Positions 29,813 to 39,800 of a stretch of 64,000 nt of DNA are shown here, in pieces. Source of the stretch: Candidatus Cloacimonadales bacterium (GTDB lineage: Bacteria; Cloacimonadota; Cloacimonadia; Cloacimonadales; JAIOQZ01); NCBI GenBank assembly GCA_963674825.1, contig OY771587.1:1888001-1952000 (forward strand), written 5' to 3'. Under the pieces are notes generated by a model. It had not been told where the DNA came from. It saw only the letters and a program-made list of their open reading frames with translations, and searched no databases. A program made the position numbers and the translations under genes. The number at the start of each line of letters is the position of its first letter. Positions within the stretch are counted from its first letter, which is position 1.

Positions 29813-30187
29813 TTAAGACTGGTCGATTTCTTCAGTACGATCAGAGAGGGCTTGCAGGATGGAGGCGTGAAGGCTATCAGGATTGGTGAGCCAGCGTGTA
29901 GCATATTCGGGGAACGCGGGAACGGTTTCGCTCTTATCGAGGTCTTCGTTGACACTCAAGCGGAACGAAGGCGGCAATGCCGGTTCAACAATCCCAAAAC
30001 GGTTACCGAGAATCATGCTTTCAAGGTGTTCGTCGATCCAGATATCAAGTGGCATGAGCTTTTCATCTGCTTCCATTGCCTTCTGGAACGTGTCCTTATC
30101 CAGATGTGAGTTCTCCATCGAGACGACCAGATCAAAAAAAAGACGATCGACCGGGAGCGAGATATCGACGCGGAATCTCCGTTTCAT
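29813..30187 (-). CDS. Hypothetical protein
   Basis: 124-aa ORF 10 bp downstream of nrdG on the same strand; GAGG RBS. Confidence 0.65.
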   Translation of the reverse strand: MKRRFRVDISLPVDRLFFDLVVSMENSHLDKDTFQKAMEADEKLMPLDIWIDEHLESMILGNRFGIVEPALPPSFRLSVNEDLDKSETVPAFPEYATRWLTNPDSLHASILQALSDRTEEIDQS

Positions 30188-30197
30188 TCTATTGACC

Positions 30198-30878
30198 TCA
30201 CCGAATCATGAATTCTTCGAACTGCGTAATTCCATACTCACGCAGATGATTGACCGAATTCTCGCTGAACGGCTTCATGATGGTATCGTCGAGAGTATTG
30301 GTCGGGTTGAAATTCTGGATTATATATCGTTTTACACCTTTGAGCATGGTGATAATCTCTTTTACGTCATTGGAATCGAGCAGCGTGTCCACCACAGTCG
30401 TGCGGAATTCGTAGTCCACACCCGAATGGCGAATCAGGTCTATACTGGAAGCGATCTTGTCGATATCGACACTGGCACCGGTAAGGAGATCGTACTTGTT
30501 GAACGGCGCTTTGATATCCATAGCGAAGTAATCAACGAGCTTGTGCTCGATAAGCTTGTAGATCATGCCGGGATTGGTACCGTTGGTATCGAGCTTCACC
30601 AGGAATCCCATCGCTTTGATGTCGCGAATAAAGCCGGGCAGTTCAGGATGGAGCGTAGGCTCACCACCGGTGATCACCACCGCGTCAAGCTTCCCCTTAC
30701 GCTTCTCCAGCTTTGCCAGGACGTCATCCTTTTTGAAGGGATCGACAAGACGGCAGCCGTTGACCAGTTCTGGATTATGGCAATACGGGCAGCGAAAATT
30801 GCATCCACGAGTGAATACGATTGCACAGAGCTTGTCCTGATAATCGAGCATGGAAAAACTCTGGAAGCCTCCGATCAT
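30198..30878 (-). CDS. nrdG: Anaerobic ribonucleotide reductase activase (radical SAM)
   Basis: GCNFRCPYCHN, TGGEPT, KLDTNGT, EFRTT; coupled to nrdD. Confidence 0.92.
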   Translation of the reverse strand: MIGGFQSFSMLDYQDKLCAIVFTRGCNFRCPYCHNPELVNGCRLVDPFKKDDVLAKLEKRKGKLDAVVITGGEPTLHPELPGFIRDIKAMGFLVKLDTNGTNPGMIYKLIEHKLVDYFAMDIKAPFNKYDLLTGASVDIDKIASSIDLIRHSGVDYEFRTTVVDTLLDSNDVKEIITMLKGVKRYIIQNFNPTNTLDDTIMKPFSENSVNHLREYGITQFEEFMIR

Positions 30879-32977
30879 GCCTCTTTCTCCTTGATGTGGA
30901 AAGTCTTGCGAAGCTGATATTCAGCCTTCTTGCCGTCGTTCCATTGCGAAACGGGACGCAGATAGCCGGTGACGCGGGAATAGACTTCGCAATCACGGTT
31001 GCACGTCGGGCAGGTCGAATGTTCACCCGCGATGTAGCCATGCTGGGAACATACGCTAAAGGTAGGTGTGAAGGTGAAATAGGGCAGCCGGTAGTTATTG
31101 CAGATCTTTTCGACCAGATTACGCACCGTCTGATAGTTGTGAAGACGTTCTCCACCGAAGATGTGTAATACGGTTCCACCGGTGTATCGGGTCTGGATAC
31201 CGTCCTGCTTGTCGAGGGCTTCGAATACGTCGTCAGAGTAATTGACCGGAAGCTGAGTAGAATTGGTATAGAAAGGCTCAGCGCCGTTCTGCACGGCTGA
31301 TTCATTTGCCACGATGATGTTGTCGAAACGCTTTTTATCGATGCGAGCGAGCCGGTAGCTGGTGCCTTCAGCCGGTGTGGCTTCAAGGTTGTAGTTGTTG
31401 CCGGTCTCCTCCTGATACTCGATCAGTTTGTCGCGCATGAAGTCCATGACACGCTCGGTGAATTCGGTTCCTTCCTGTGTACCGATATCGGTTCCGAGCA
31501 GATTCAGGCAGGCTTCGTTCATGCCGACCAAGCCAATGGTGGAAAAGTGGTTTTTCCAGTACTGTCCAAAGCGTTCGGTGATCTTGGCCAGGTAGAATTT
31601 GGTGTAGGGGTATAGTCCGTTCTCCGTGAATCTCTCCAGCACTTTTCGCTTGATTTCAAGGCTTTGCTTGGCGACATCCATTCTGCGCACCAGCATCTCC
31701 ATGAATTCCTCTTCGTCCTTCGCCAGGTACGCGATACGAGGCATGTTGATGGTGACCACTCCGATGGATCCGGTAAGTGGATTCGCGCCAAACAGACCTC
31801 CGCCACGTGCTTCGAGCTTACGTGTGTCCAGACGAAGACGGCAGCACATGGAGCGTGCGTCCTCGGGGCTCATATCCGAATTGATGAAGTTGGAGAAATA
31901 CGGGATGCCATATTTCGCAGTAGCTTCCCACAGTGCACGCACAATGTCGCTATCCCAGTCGAAATCTTTCGTGATGTTGTAGGTCGGGATCGGGAAGGTG
32001 AAGACGCGACCTTTGGCGTCGCCTTCGCTCATCACCTCGAGGAAGCTCTTGTTAATCATGTCCATTTCGACCTGGAAGTCCGCATAGGTTTCTTTCTGTG
32101 GTACACCGCCGACAATCACAGCCTGATCGCGATAAAGCTTGGGCGGATTGAGGTCCATGGTAATATTGGTGAACGGCGTCTGGAATCCGACGCGCGTAGG
32201 TACATTAATGTTGAATATAAACTCCTGCATCGCCTGCTTGACTTCGGGGTAGGTCAGATTGTCGTAGCGAATGAACGGAGCAAGAAGGGTGTCGAAGCTT
32301 GAGAACGCCTGCGCGCCGGCAGCCTCGCCCTGTAGAGTGTAGAAGAAATTGACGATCTGGCCGAGGACGCTGCGGAAATGCTTGGCCGGGCGGCTTTCAA
32401 TTTTACCTGTAGCGCCTTTGAAGCCGGTGACCAGGAGATCCATGAGATCCCAGCCAACGCAATATACAGAGATCTGACCAAGGTCGTGGATGTGTACGTC
32501 GCCATCGCTATGAATCTGTTTGATTTGCGGCGGATAGACTTTGTTGAGCCAGTACATCTTGCTGATGTCGGACGCGATGTAGTTGTTGAGTCCTTGCAGC
32601 GAATATGCCATGTTGCTGTTTTCGCGCACCTGCCAGTCGAGCTTTTCGAGGTACTGGTCGATGAGATTTACATTAGAGCGCGAAACGATCTCTCGGATCT
32701 TGGCGTGCTGATCACGATAGATGATGTAGGCTTTGGCCGTCTTCTTGTACGGTGAGGCGAGCAGAACATCCTCGACGATATCCTGAACCTGCTCGACCGA
32801 TGGGATGTCGTTGCGCACGACCTGCATGGTCAGATTCATGACCCGCAGTGTTAGTTTTTTTGCGATTTCGAGATCAAATTCGTTGGTTGCCTGACCGGCT
32901 TTCAGGATGGCACTGGTAATCTTTTCGGCGTCAAACGGTTCGACTTGTGCGTTGCGCTTTCTAATTTTTTGAAACAT
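30875..32977 (-). CDS. nrdD: Class III ribonucleoside-triphosphate reductase with ATP-cone
   Basis: ATP-cone IRKRN...FDAEKI; HIHDL; SMCCRL; EATPAEG; Zn-site CSQH..CPTC; glycyl-radical motif YSRVTGYLRP. Start set at MFQK. Confidence 0.95.
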   Translation of the reverse strand: MFQKIRKRNAQVEPFDAEKITSAILKAGQATNEFDLEIAKKLTLRVMNLTMQVVRNDIPSVEQVQDIVEDVLLASPYKKTAKAYIIYRDQHAKIREIVSRSNVNLIDQYLEKLDWQVRENSNMAYSLQGLNNYIASDISKMYWLNKVYPPQIKQIHSDGDVHIHDLGQISVYCVGWDLMDLLVTGFKGATGKIESRPAKHFRSVLGQIVNFFYTLQGEAAGAQAFSSFDTLLAPFIRYDNLTYPEVKQAMQEFIFNINVPTRVGFQTPFTNITMDLNPPKLYRDQAVIVGGVPQKETYADFQVEMDMINKSFLEVMSEGDAKGRVFTFPIPTYNITKDFDWDSDIVRALWEATAKYGIPYFSNFINSDMSPEDARSMCCRLRLDTRKLEARGGGLFGANPLTGSIGVVTINMPRIAYLAKDEEEFMEMLVRRMDVAKQSLEIKRKVLERFTENGLYPYTKFYLAKITERFGQYWKNHFSTIGLVGMNEACLNLLGTDIGTQEGTEFTERVMDFMRDKLIEYQEETGNNYNLEATPAEGTSYRLARIDKKRFDNIIVANESAVQNGAEPFYTNSTQLPVNYSDDVFEALDKQDGIQTRYTGGTVLHIFGGERLHNYQTVRNLVEKICNNYRLPYFTFTPTFSVCSQHGYIAGEHSTCPTCNRDCEVYSRVTGYLRPVSQWNDGKKAEYQLRKTFHIKEKEA

Positions 32978-33267
32978 GAATCCCCCGCGAAGCAAATCTA
33001 TGTCGTAATTACTTACTATTCTGTTAGATACGGAATCGTACCTGGTTTTCACAAATTTGTTTGATACGAATCTTATCTCTTAAACTGAAAAGAGTTAGGA
33101 AATCTGTCAAGCATGAAAAAATTTGGCGGGAAAATCTCAATGGTGAAATCGGAAGAAGTTCCTTTTCAGATGGTCACTTGTCTGGATAAATTATTTTTCC
33201 AGTCTCAAATTGATGATGAAAATTCTTTGGAAACGGGTTAAAAATTGCCCCGATAAACGAAATTCAT

Positions 33268-34125
33268 TTATGAAGTTGTAATATATTTGATATCAGCGAT
33301 TTCGGGCTTATCTAAAGAAACGATTATAATGCAAAGATCATCAGAATCGGTAGCTGCCTGAAAACTCCAGCTCGAATCGGTCTGCTGTTTCCAGCTTCCG
33401 GTAAGGCGGGTAGATTCGTGGACATGCCCGTGGAACGTGATCCTGGGCTGTTTCTGCTGGATGAATTCCTGGATCGCGATGCTCCCGACGTGGACATCCA
33501 TCGGAACGTAATCGACCATCTGGCCATCGAGCGGAGCGCGATCGAGACAGGTTTTGTAGGGTGGGCTGTGGAAGATCATCACTGCGCGCTCCGGCTGGAA
33601 ATCGTGCGTCAGTTTCTGCAGGTCGTCTTTGATCGTTCCATAACGAACCTCTACTGGATTGACCTCGATCGTTCTGCTGCCTTCTTCCGGAGAAACGCAT
33701 CCCGGATCAACATAGCGCGAGACGTCGTACTTCTCCCAGTCTTTAGACCGGAAAGGGGTAGGTGGGACGAAGCTGTAGCCGTAGATGTCGAACGACTCTC
33801 GAACAATCTTTCGCATGTGTGCGTAGGTCCAGAGACCACGGTTCTCCAGCTCGATGATATCTGGCTCGTTGATACGGGGATCATCGTTTCCGAGGATGAC
33901 GAAGATATCCGGGTAGGAGCTGCCAAGAGTTCTTTTGAGCTGCGTGAGCGCTTCGCCGAGATAATCGAGGGTGAAATTATCTCCCTGATAGGGTGAATGC
34001 CAACCAGGTAAAAGGTCACCCGCGATTAATAGAACATCGGGTGAATCAAGCGCAATCGCGTTGAAAAGCGCTTCATATTTTGCCTGATTGCCATGTAGAT
34101 CGGACACACACCAGATTTTTGTCAT
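33268..34125 (-). CDS. Metallophosphoesterase (Icc-like)
   Basis: SDLHG, AGDL, GNDD, HSPP and HGHVHE. Confidence 0.88.
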   Translation of the reverse strand: MTKIWCVSDLHGNQAKYEALFNAIALDSPDVLLIAGDLLPGWHSPYQGDNFTLDYLGEALTQLKRTLGSSYPDIFVILGNDDPRINEPDIIELENRGLWTYAHMRKIVRESFDIYGYSFVPPTPFRSKDWEKYDVSRYVDPGCVSPEEGSRTIEVNPVEVRYGTIKDDLQKLTHDFQPERAVMIFHSPPYKTCLDRAPLDGQMVDYVPMDVHVGSIAIQEFIQQKQPRITFHGHVHESTRLTGSWKQQTDSSWSFQAATDSDDLCIIIVSLDKPEIADIKYITTS

Positions 34126-34309
34126 GTAGTCGCTCCTATAATAATTGGGGTCATATATCGTAGTTGAGTGTATGACGTCAATAAATGATTATGGTGTTGA
34201 AATTTGCGCAGTGTTTGTAGAAATCTCTTCATATATCGGAAAGAAAGAATTCGAGTAAAATATAGATAACCTTTTGAAAGATAAAGGATTGGGAAAGATT
34301 AACTCCGAA

Positions 34310-34324
34310 TGGCACGATACTTGT
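34310..34324 (+). promoter_or_regulatory. Sigma54 promoter variant TGGCAC-GATAC-TTGT
   Basis: One base from the TGGCAC-N5-TTGC consensus; IHF-like site (one mismatch) at 34267-34279. Confidence 0.7.
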
Positions 34325-34335
34325 TAATACATATA

Positions 34336-34545
34336 ACGTCGTGATTTTGATATCACGTTTCGTAGCAAAATTTTGGTCTGGGCAAGACCTAATTAGAGGG
34401 GCAGCGGAAACTCTTCACCCCGGTTCCTACCTGCCCCTCTCGACTATATATAAAACGATTCCGGTCAGGCGTGAGACACCTTCCAGGGTGTAGTCATCGT
34501 TATTCCACTCTCCCCCAGATAGGATGCTTGACCGGTTCTTTTTCT
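34336..34545 (+). ncRNA. Candidate structured small RNA, ~210 nt
   Basis: Follows the sigma54 motif. Hairpins: CGTGAT/ATCACG, GGTCT/AGACC, AGAGGGGCAG/CTGCCCCTCT, and CCGGTCAGGCGT/ATGCTTGACCGG (two G-U pairs) followed by TTCTTTTTCT. Confidence 0.55.
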
Positions 34546-36571
34546 ATTCTGATTGATCCCCACGATTCAATATCTTATCGCGGTACTCCTGATAAGCAGG
34601 ATAATCGATATCAGGATCTACACGCTCGAAGAGCTTCTTTGCGCGATTACGCTTGCCATCCTCATACAGCTTGATCCCGATATCCACCAGTGATTTCTGG
34701 AAGAAAGCGCTATCGTCTCCATCTTCGATTTCCATCATGGTGCGAAATGCATTTTCGGGATGGTTCATCGAAATATGTGTTCGAGCCAGGTTGGCTGCCG
34801 CGTCAGCGAATCCAGGCGATAATTCAAGCTGCCGTTTATAAAGCCCAAGCGCTTGCTGAAGTCTGCCGGTTCTTCCAGCGGCGGCAGCGTAGTTGTTGAT
34901 GAGACTGATATTGGTTGAGATGGCACGATAGGCCTGCTGGTAGTCATCGTAAGCCTTGCGGAAGTCACCTTTGAGAAAATACTGCCCAGCACGATAAGAC
35001 AGCGCTGCCATACAATCGGGCGTTACATTGTATAGCAATAGATTGATGGCGGTTACTTCGTTGATTATTTCATTTTGTTGTTTTCCGACAAGCCCACCGG
35101 CTCGAGCTCGGGTTATCTTACCATCCCGCATATCCTGCTTGATTTCTTCGATGCGGTCAACCCCCATCATTGCTCGTTTCAGGTGGATATTCCCGTTGAG
35201 CCGTGTGAAGAATACAATGAATGAAATCAATAGTGCCAGAATCATGATCCAGATAACGAATCCAGGAAGCGATCGGGGCGATTTCTTTGTCTTGGGTTTG
35301 GGAAGTCCGGCATACAGCGCTGATATCGAAGCAAGATAAAAGATAAACATGCTGCTGTGAAATACCCGTTCACGCGGAAAGCTGAAGAAGGACACGGACA
35401 TGAATCCTGCGACGCCAAGGCCTATCAGTAGCGCTTGGGAAGATGGTTCGCCATCTTTATCACTCAGCATGATACGGAATACATAAAGCCAAAAGAATAC
35501 GAAGATCGAAAGGAAGGCAAGTGCTCCAGGAATACCGTATTCGGAAGCGATCCAGAGATAATCGTTATGTGGCCGGATATAATAAACAAATCCCTTTTCC
35601 TGCATGATCGGTTCGGGCCTGTAGGTATGCTGAAACAAGCGCCAGTTGCCACCACCAAAGCCGGTCAATGGCCGGTCGGCGATCATATCCAGGCTTCTGC
35701 GCCAGGCGCGGAGACGCACCTGCACGCTGCTTCCACCGATGATCTTTTTGCCTGCGAAGTCGTCGCCGAGGTACTGTTGATACAGCTCGAACGTAATGAA
35801 GCCAGCCGCCAGAAACAGTACGGCGATGATGACCAGGCGGATGATCCGCTTTCGCGGGAACAATTCCCGCATGAGCGGTTTCTTGCGGTTGAACAAGCCT
35901 GCGGTTACACTGAAGATAATTGCCAGCCCCATCGCGACCCACACCGAACGCGTACGGAGTGCGGTCATCATGAAGAACGATATGCTCAGCGCTTTCAGCC
36001 CAAGGAAATGCCAGAATCCTTTTTCCCGAAAGAAGGTGGAGAGGTTCAGCGGTAACAGCAGGAATAGAGCGGAAGCGAGCAGGTTGCGATTGGTGAAGAG
36101 CGCGTGGATGTCCTCGATACCGGGGATGATGAAAAACGTCTGGAAGAAGAACTGAATAAGCCCGATCGCGCATAAAAAAAGCGTTACGATCGTAGCAAAT
36201 CTTCTTGCTGGGATTAATGGCGATTGCTGTTGGCGGAATCCGGTATAAAGCAGGAGGAATAACCCCAAATTCATGATATCGCGACAGACCCAATAAAACC
36301 ACTCGGCACGATTATAGGCCATGATGCCCGATAACAGAGAGAAGATTACCATTGCGAAAAGTGACAGCAAGATGCCGTTCCGCATCTCCGATAGCGGTAT
36401 ATTCTGCTTGCTTTTCAACATCATTGCGAGGTATGCCAGGATGATTCCACCCGATAAAACAACCAGTCTCAACGGTGTTACCGAATCGACGGCGACCGGA
36501 TAGAAGATGAATGGGATAACGCAGAATAGTATGGTCAGGATAATGTATTGAGATACCGGAAACTGTTTCAT
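34544..36571 (-). CDS. O-antigen ligase (Wzy_C) family membrane protein with C-terminal TPR region
   Basis: Multiple TM helices; FTNRNLLA, TRSVW, R..AW....MIADRPLTGFGGGNW, PHNDYL...SEYGI; TPR-like tail. Confidence 0.85.
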   Translation of the reverse strand: MKQFPVSQYIILTILFCVIPFIFYPVAVDSVTPLRLVVLSGGIILAYLAMMLKSKQNIPLSEMRNGILLSLFAMVIFSLLSGIMAYNRAEWFYWVCRDIMNLGLFLLLYTGFRQQQSPLIPARRFATIVTLFLCAIGLIQFFFQTFFIIPGIEDIHALFTNRNLLASALFLLLPLNLSTFFREKGFWHFLGLKALSISFFMMTALRTRSVWVAMGLAIIFSVTAGLFNRKKPLMRELFPRKRIIRLVIIAVLFLAAGFITFELYQQYLGDDFAGKKIIGGSSVQVRLRAWRRSLDMIADRPLTGFGGGNWRLFQHTYRPEPIMQEKGFVYYIRPHNDYLWIASEYGIPGALAFLSIFVFFWLYVFRIMLSDKDGEPSSQALLIGLGVAGFMSVSFFSFPRERVFHSSMFIFYLASISALYAGLPKPKTKKSPRSLPGFVIWIMILALLISFIVFFTRLNGNIHLKRAMMGVDRIEEIKQDMRDGKITRARAGGLVGKQQNEIINEVTAINLLLYNVTPDCMAALSYRAGQYFLKGDFRKAYDDYQQAYRAISTNISLINNYAAAAGRTGRLQQALGLYKRQLELSPGFADAAANLARTHISMNHPENAFRTMMEIEDGDDSAFFQKSLVDIGIKLYEDGKRNRAKKLFERVDPDIDYPAYQEYRDKILNRGDQSE

Positions 36572-36713
36572 GAGGCCATCCTTTTCTATGGTACGACGAA
36601 TACAGTATTTCAAACGGAGCCTGTCAATAAAAACGATATCAACCTGTTAATCTTCTTCGAGAAATGGATAATGAAGTGCGATTCATTCAGAAAAATCAGG
36701 ATCGATTGCCATC

Positions 36714-36746
36714 AAAAAAAAGAAAACCGCCCCGATGTGGGGCGGT
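36714..36746 (-). terminator. Intrinsic terminator of the gingipain-like pair
   Basis: ACCGCCCC-gatgt-GGGGCGGT with an adjacent A-run (a U-tract on the minus strand). Confidence 0.85.
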
Positions 36747-36848
36747 CACTTATGAAACGGTTCGGGTATATATGATCCCGAGTATCATATTAGCACTGAA
36801 AGAACGAGTAACCAGCTCATGCTTTCAGGCATACCAGCTCATATGACA

Positions 36849-39800
36849 CTACTTGAGAAGGATCATCTTTTTGGTAGCGGTATAGCGTCCGGCCTTCATT
36901 TTGTAGAAGTAAATACCGGAGCCAACCTTCTTGCTGTGATCATCTTCACCAGCCCATACCAGATTATACTCGCCTCTGTCAAGTCTTTCATTAACGAGGG
37001 TTTTCACTTTCTGTCCCTTGACATTATAGATGTCGATCTGGACGTCAGCATCCTCTGCGATCGAGAAGGCGATATTGGTTTCCGGGTTGAACGGATTGGG
37101 GAAGTTGCCACCGAGTTGGGTTACCAGTTCGGGAGCGTTGGGATCATTACCGTTACCTTGACCGGTAGCGGCAATGGTGATCACGGTTTCATTGAGATAC
37201 GGATCGTTGGATGTAATTACGATCTCGCCATTATAGCTGCCTTCAACTTCAGGAGCGAAGACGAGCGTAAAGGTCTGATAACCCTGCTCGTTAACGGAGA
37301 ACGTGTAGTTCTCGCGAGTAGTGGTCATCTTCGAACCCTTGTTGTTGCGAATCAGCTGTGTACCGCCAATCGTGAAGCCGTCGTAGGTTTCGATGTTACC
37401 GTTGAGCGTGGTATTACCGTAGTTGAAGATCGTGAATTCGAGCGTTGCCGATTCGTTGACCATCACGGTACCGAAATCGAGTTCGGCATCGGAAAGCGAG
37501 ATAATCGGGGTCGGATCAGCCGGTGCGGCCGGGAACTGGATGTAATCAATCCAGGCCTTGTCGTATCCGCTGCTCTGCGAGCTATCCTTGTCGTAGGTCC
37601 AGGAGAGGAGGTGGTAGCCGGTCGTGATGGGATAGCTTACCATTGCCCAGTTCTGGATACCGGACCAGGAGTCGATTGGTTCGCCATCGATTTTGAAGAT
37701 AAGGAAGTCGTAGCCAACTTCGCTGGAGACTTTACGGAAGAACGAGATATCGCCGTCTGCAGCGATATCGACGTTTATCGACGCTGTTGTGTACTGGCTA
37801 TGGGAGATCGCGCCAGAAGCGAGGCAATAGTTGCCTTCATAAGCGTCGGCCTGATTCAGTACCCATTGTTCTCCACCGGAGAATAACCAATCGAACTGCT
37901 CGAGGCCGTTTTCGAAGTCTTCATTCACGATGGATACAGTTGCGGGGTATGTCATCTGGACACAGTACATATCGCTGGTATAGCCAAATCCAAGCATGAT
38001 CGAAGTGTCTTCCGGAAGATCTTCAGACAGTGTAACGACGAAAGTCGGCTGGATGTCGTCTTCAGGATCGATCGGATCGGTTTCAACTGTACCTTCACTG
38101 ATGGTGATATAAGGGTTGTTGCAAACGAGCGTAGCGATTCCTTCCGGAGCTATCGCGTGACCGTTGTTGTAAACGGTGAATTTAAGCGCTGCGGTTTCGC
38201 CCGGGTCGAGCATGCCGTTACTGTTACCAGACGGATCGAACACATCCATTTCGCCAAGTGCGAATGACGGTGCGTTGACCGTGATGGTTTTCTCGGCCTC
38301 GAATGTCTGCTCTTCGTTGCCGGAATTGGTGCAAGTAACGGTCACAGCGAAATTGAGTTCGTACTGATCCGGGATATTACCTGCGATCTGGATGGCAAAC
38401 GCGTCATCGAGCACAACTTCACCTTCGCTGTCGATCGAAGCGACGGTTTCTGTGTCATCGGAAACGGTGACATACTGATCGTCGATCGCGATGGTTACGC
38501 TGACATCGGTAGCGTCGTCTGAACCGACATTATTCAGCGTCATGCCAAGCAGCATGCTGTCGCCGTAATCCGGTTCGTTATTGTCGCCATCATTGTATGA
38601 GAAATCGCTCATGACGATATAGGAACCTTCGTTCGGAAGAAGCGAGATCGTCTCGATATAGGTTACCTTGTTATAGCCGGTAACGGTGAGTGTCAGGTCA
38701 GTCGGTTCCTGGGGAACGTTTTCAAGGTTGAGCATAACGTTTCCGTTGGCATCGGTATAGCCAGCGCCAAGGGTTTCGCCTGCGTTTGAAAGACAGACCA
38801 TCGCGTTCGGGATGTCTGTATCAACTTCGAATTGCGATACGCCGATAAGCAGTTCGCCTGGATGGGAAATGACGAATTCTTCCGGAGTGTCGGTGCGCAC
38901 CTGCAGCGACGCGTCGCCGAAGATGTGCCAGGTCATGAACATTTTCACGCCGTCACTGCCATAGTTGTCTAACATGGAGCAAGAACCGTTGTAATAGAGA
39001 CCACCGGTGAGATTTTTCTCTTCGTTGGTCAGAAGGATCACATATTCATCCTGTGATTCCATGGGCGGAGCCCATGATTGATTCACAGACGATGCGTACA
39101 TCGCGATAGCGCCTGTGGGAGCGCCGTTAGAGTTGTTCATGGCACGAAGCCAGGCTTCTGCGAAGCAAGTAGTGTTGGTGAAGTTACCGTTCACGCATGC
39201 AACAGAAGAGATGAACGGAAGCATGTAATCGTTGGTCAGCGCGTTGACATGGCTGTTTGAGAAGCCAGTCGAGACCCAGGAAGTATTTGAGCCATGGCCA
39301 CAGTACATGACTTCGCCGCGTCCTTCGTTGAGCGCGTTGCTGACCATCGAGGAGTTTCCGCCGTTGTTGTCGTAAATTTGGTCGATTTCAGTGTAAGTGT
39401 AATTAAGGAACTGGTTGCGAAAGTTGCCGATGTGTACGTAGTCGGCTTCGCCTTCATCGCCCTGGCCTGAGCCCTGGCTGGAAGCGATACCGGTACCCTT
39501 ATGGAGCCATTCGCCATCTACGATATCACGTTCGTAATAAATTGTGCGTTCAACCTGGGTTTCCACCTGGATTTCAGTCTCTGCCGAGAAACGGCCGACA
39601 AAGATATCCGGGTAGTTGTCATTACCTTCGAGAAGGCTGTAGGAAGGATCGGAGCCACCTGATTCATAGGAGCTGATCGAGTAGATGAAGGTAGGAATCT
39701 GGGCGGCGTCGCCAACAAGCTGTACAAAAGTCAGGTCGCCTGCATCATATACGTCCTGGATGTAGTCAAGCACGTCGTCTTCGTCTGTGCCAACTTCGCT

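Noticed and set aside
32985..33035. NrdR boxes upstream of nrdD
   Set aside because: Only weak resemblance to the consensus; cannot be supported by eye.
34171..34182. TGACGTCA as a fifth UAS
   Set aside because: It lacks the 4-nt spacer and is better explained as a TTGACG -35 box for the divergent metallophosphoesterase gene.
34341..34493. 50-codon GTG-started ORF within the sRNA candidate
   Set aside because: No Shine-Dalgarno, it runs through strong hairpins and has no recognisable features; kept only as an alternative explanation.
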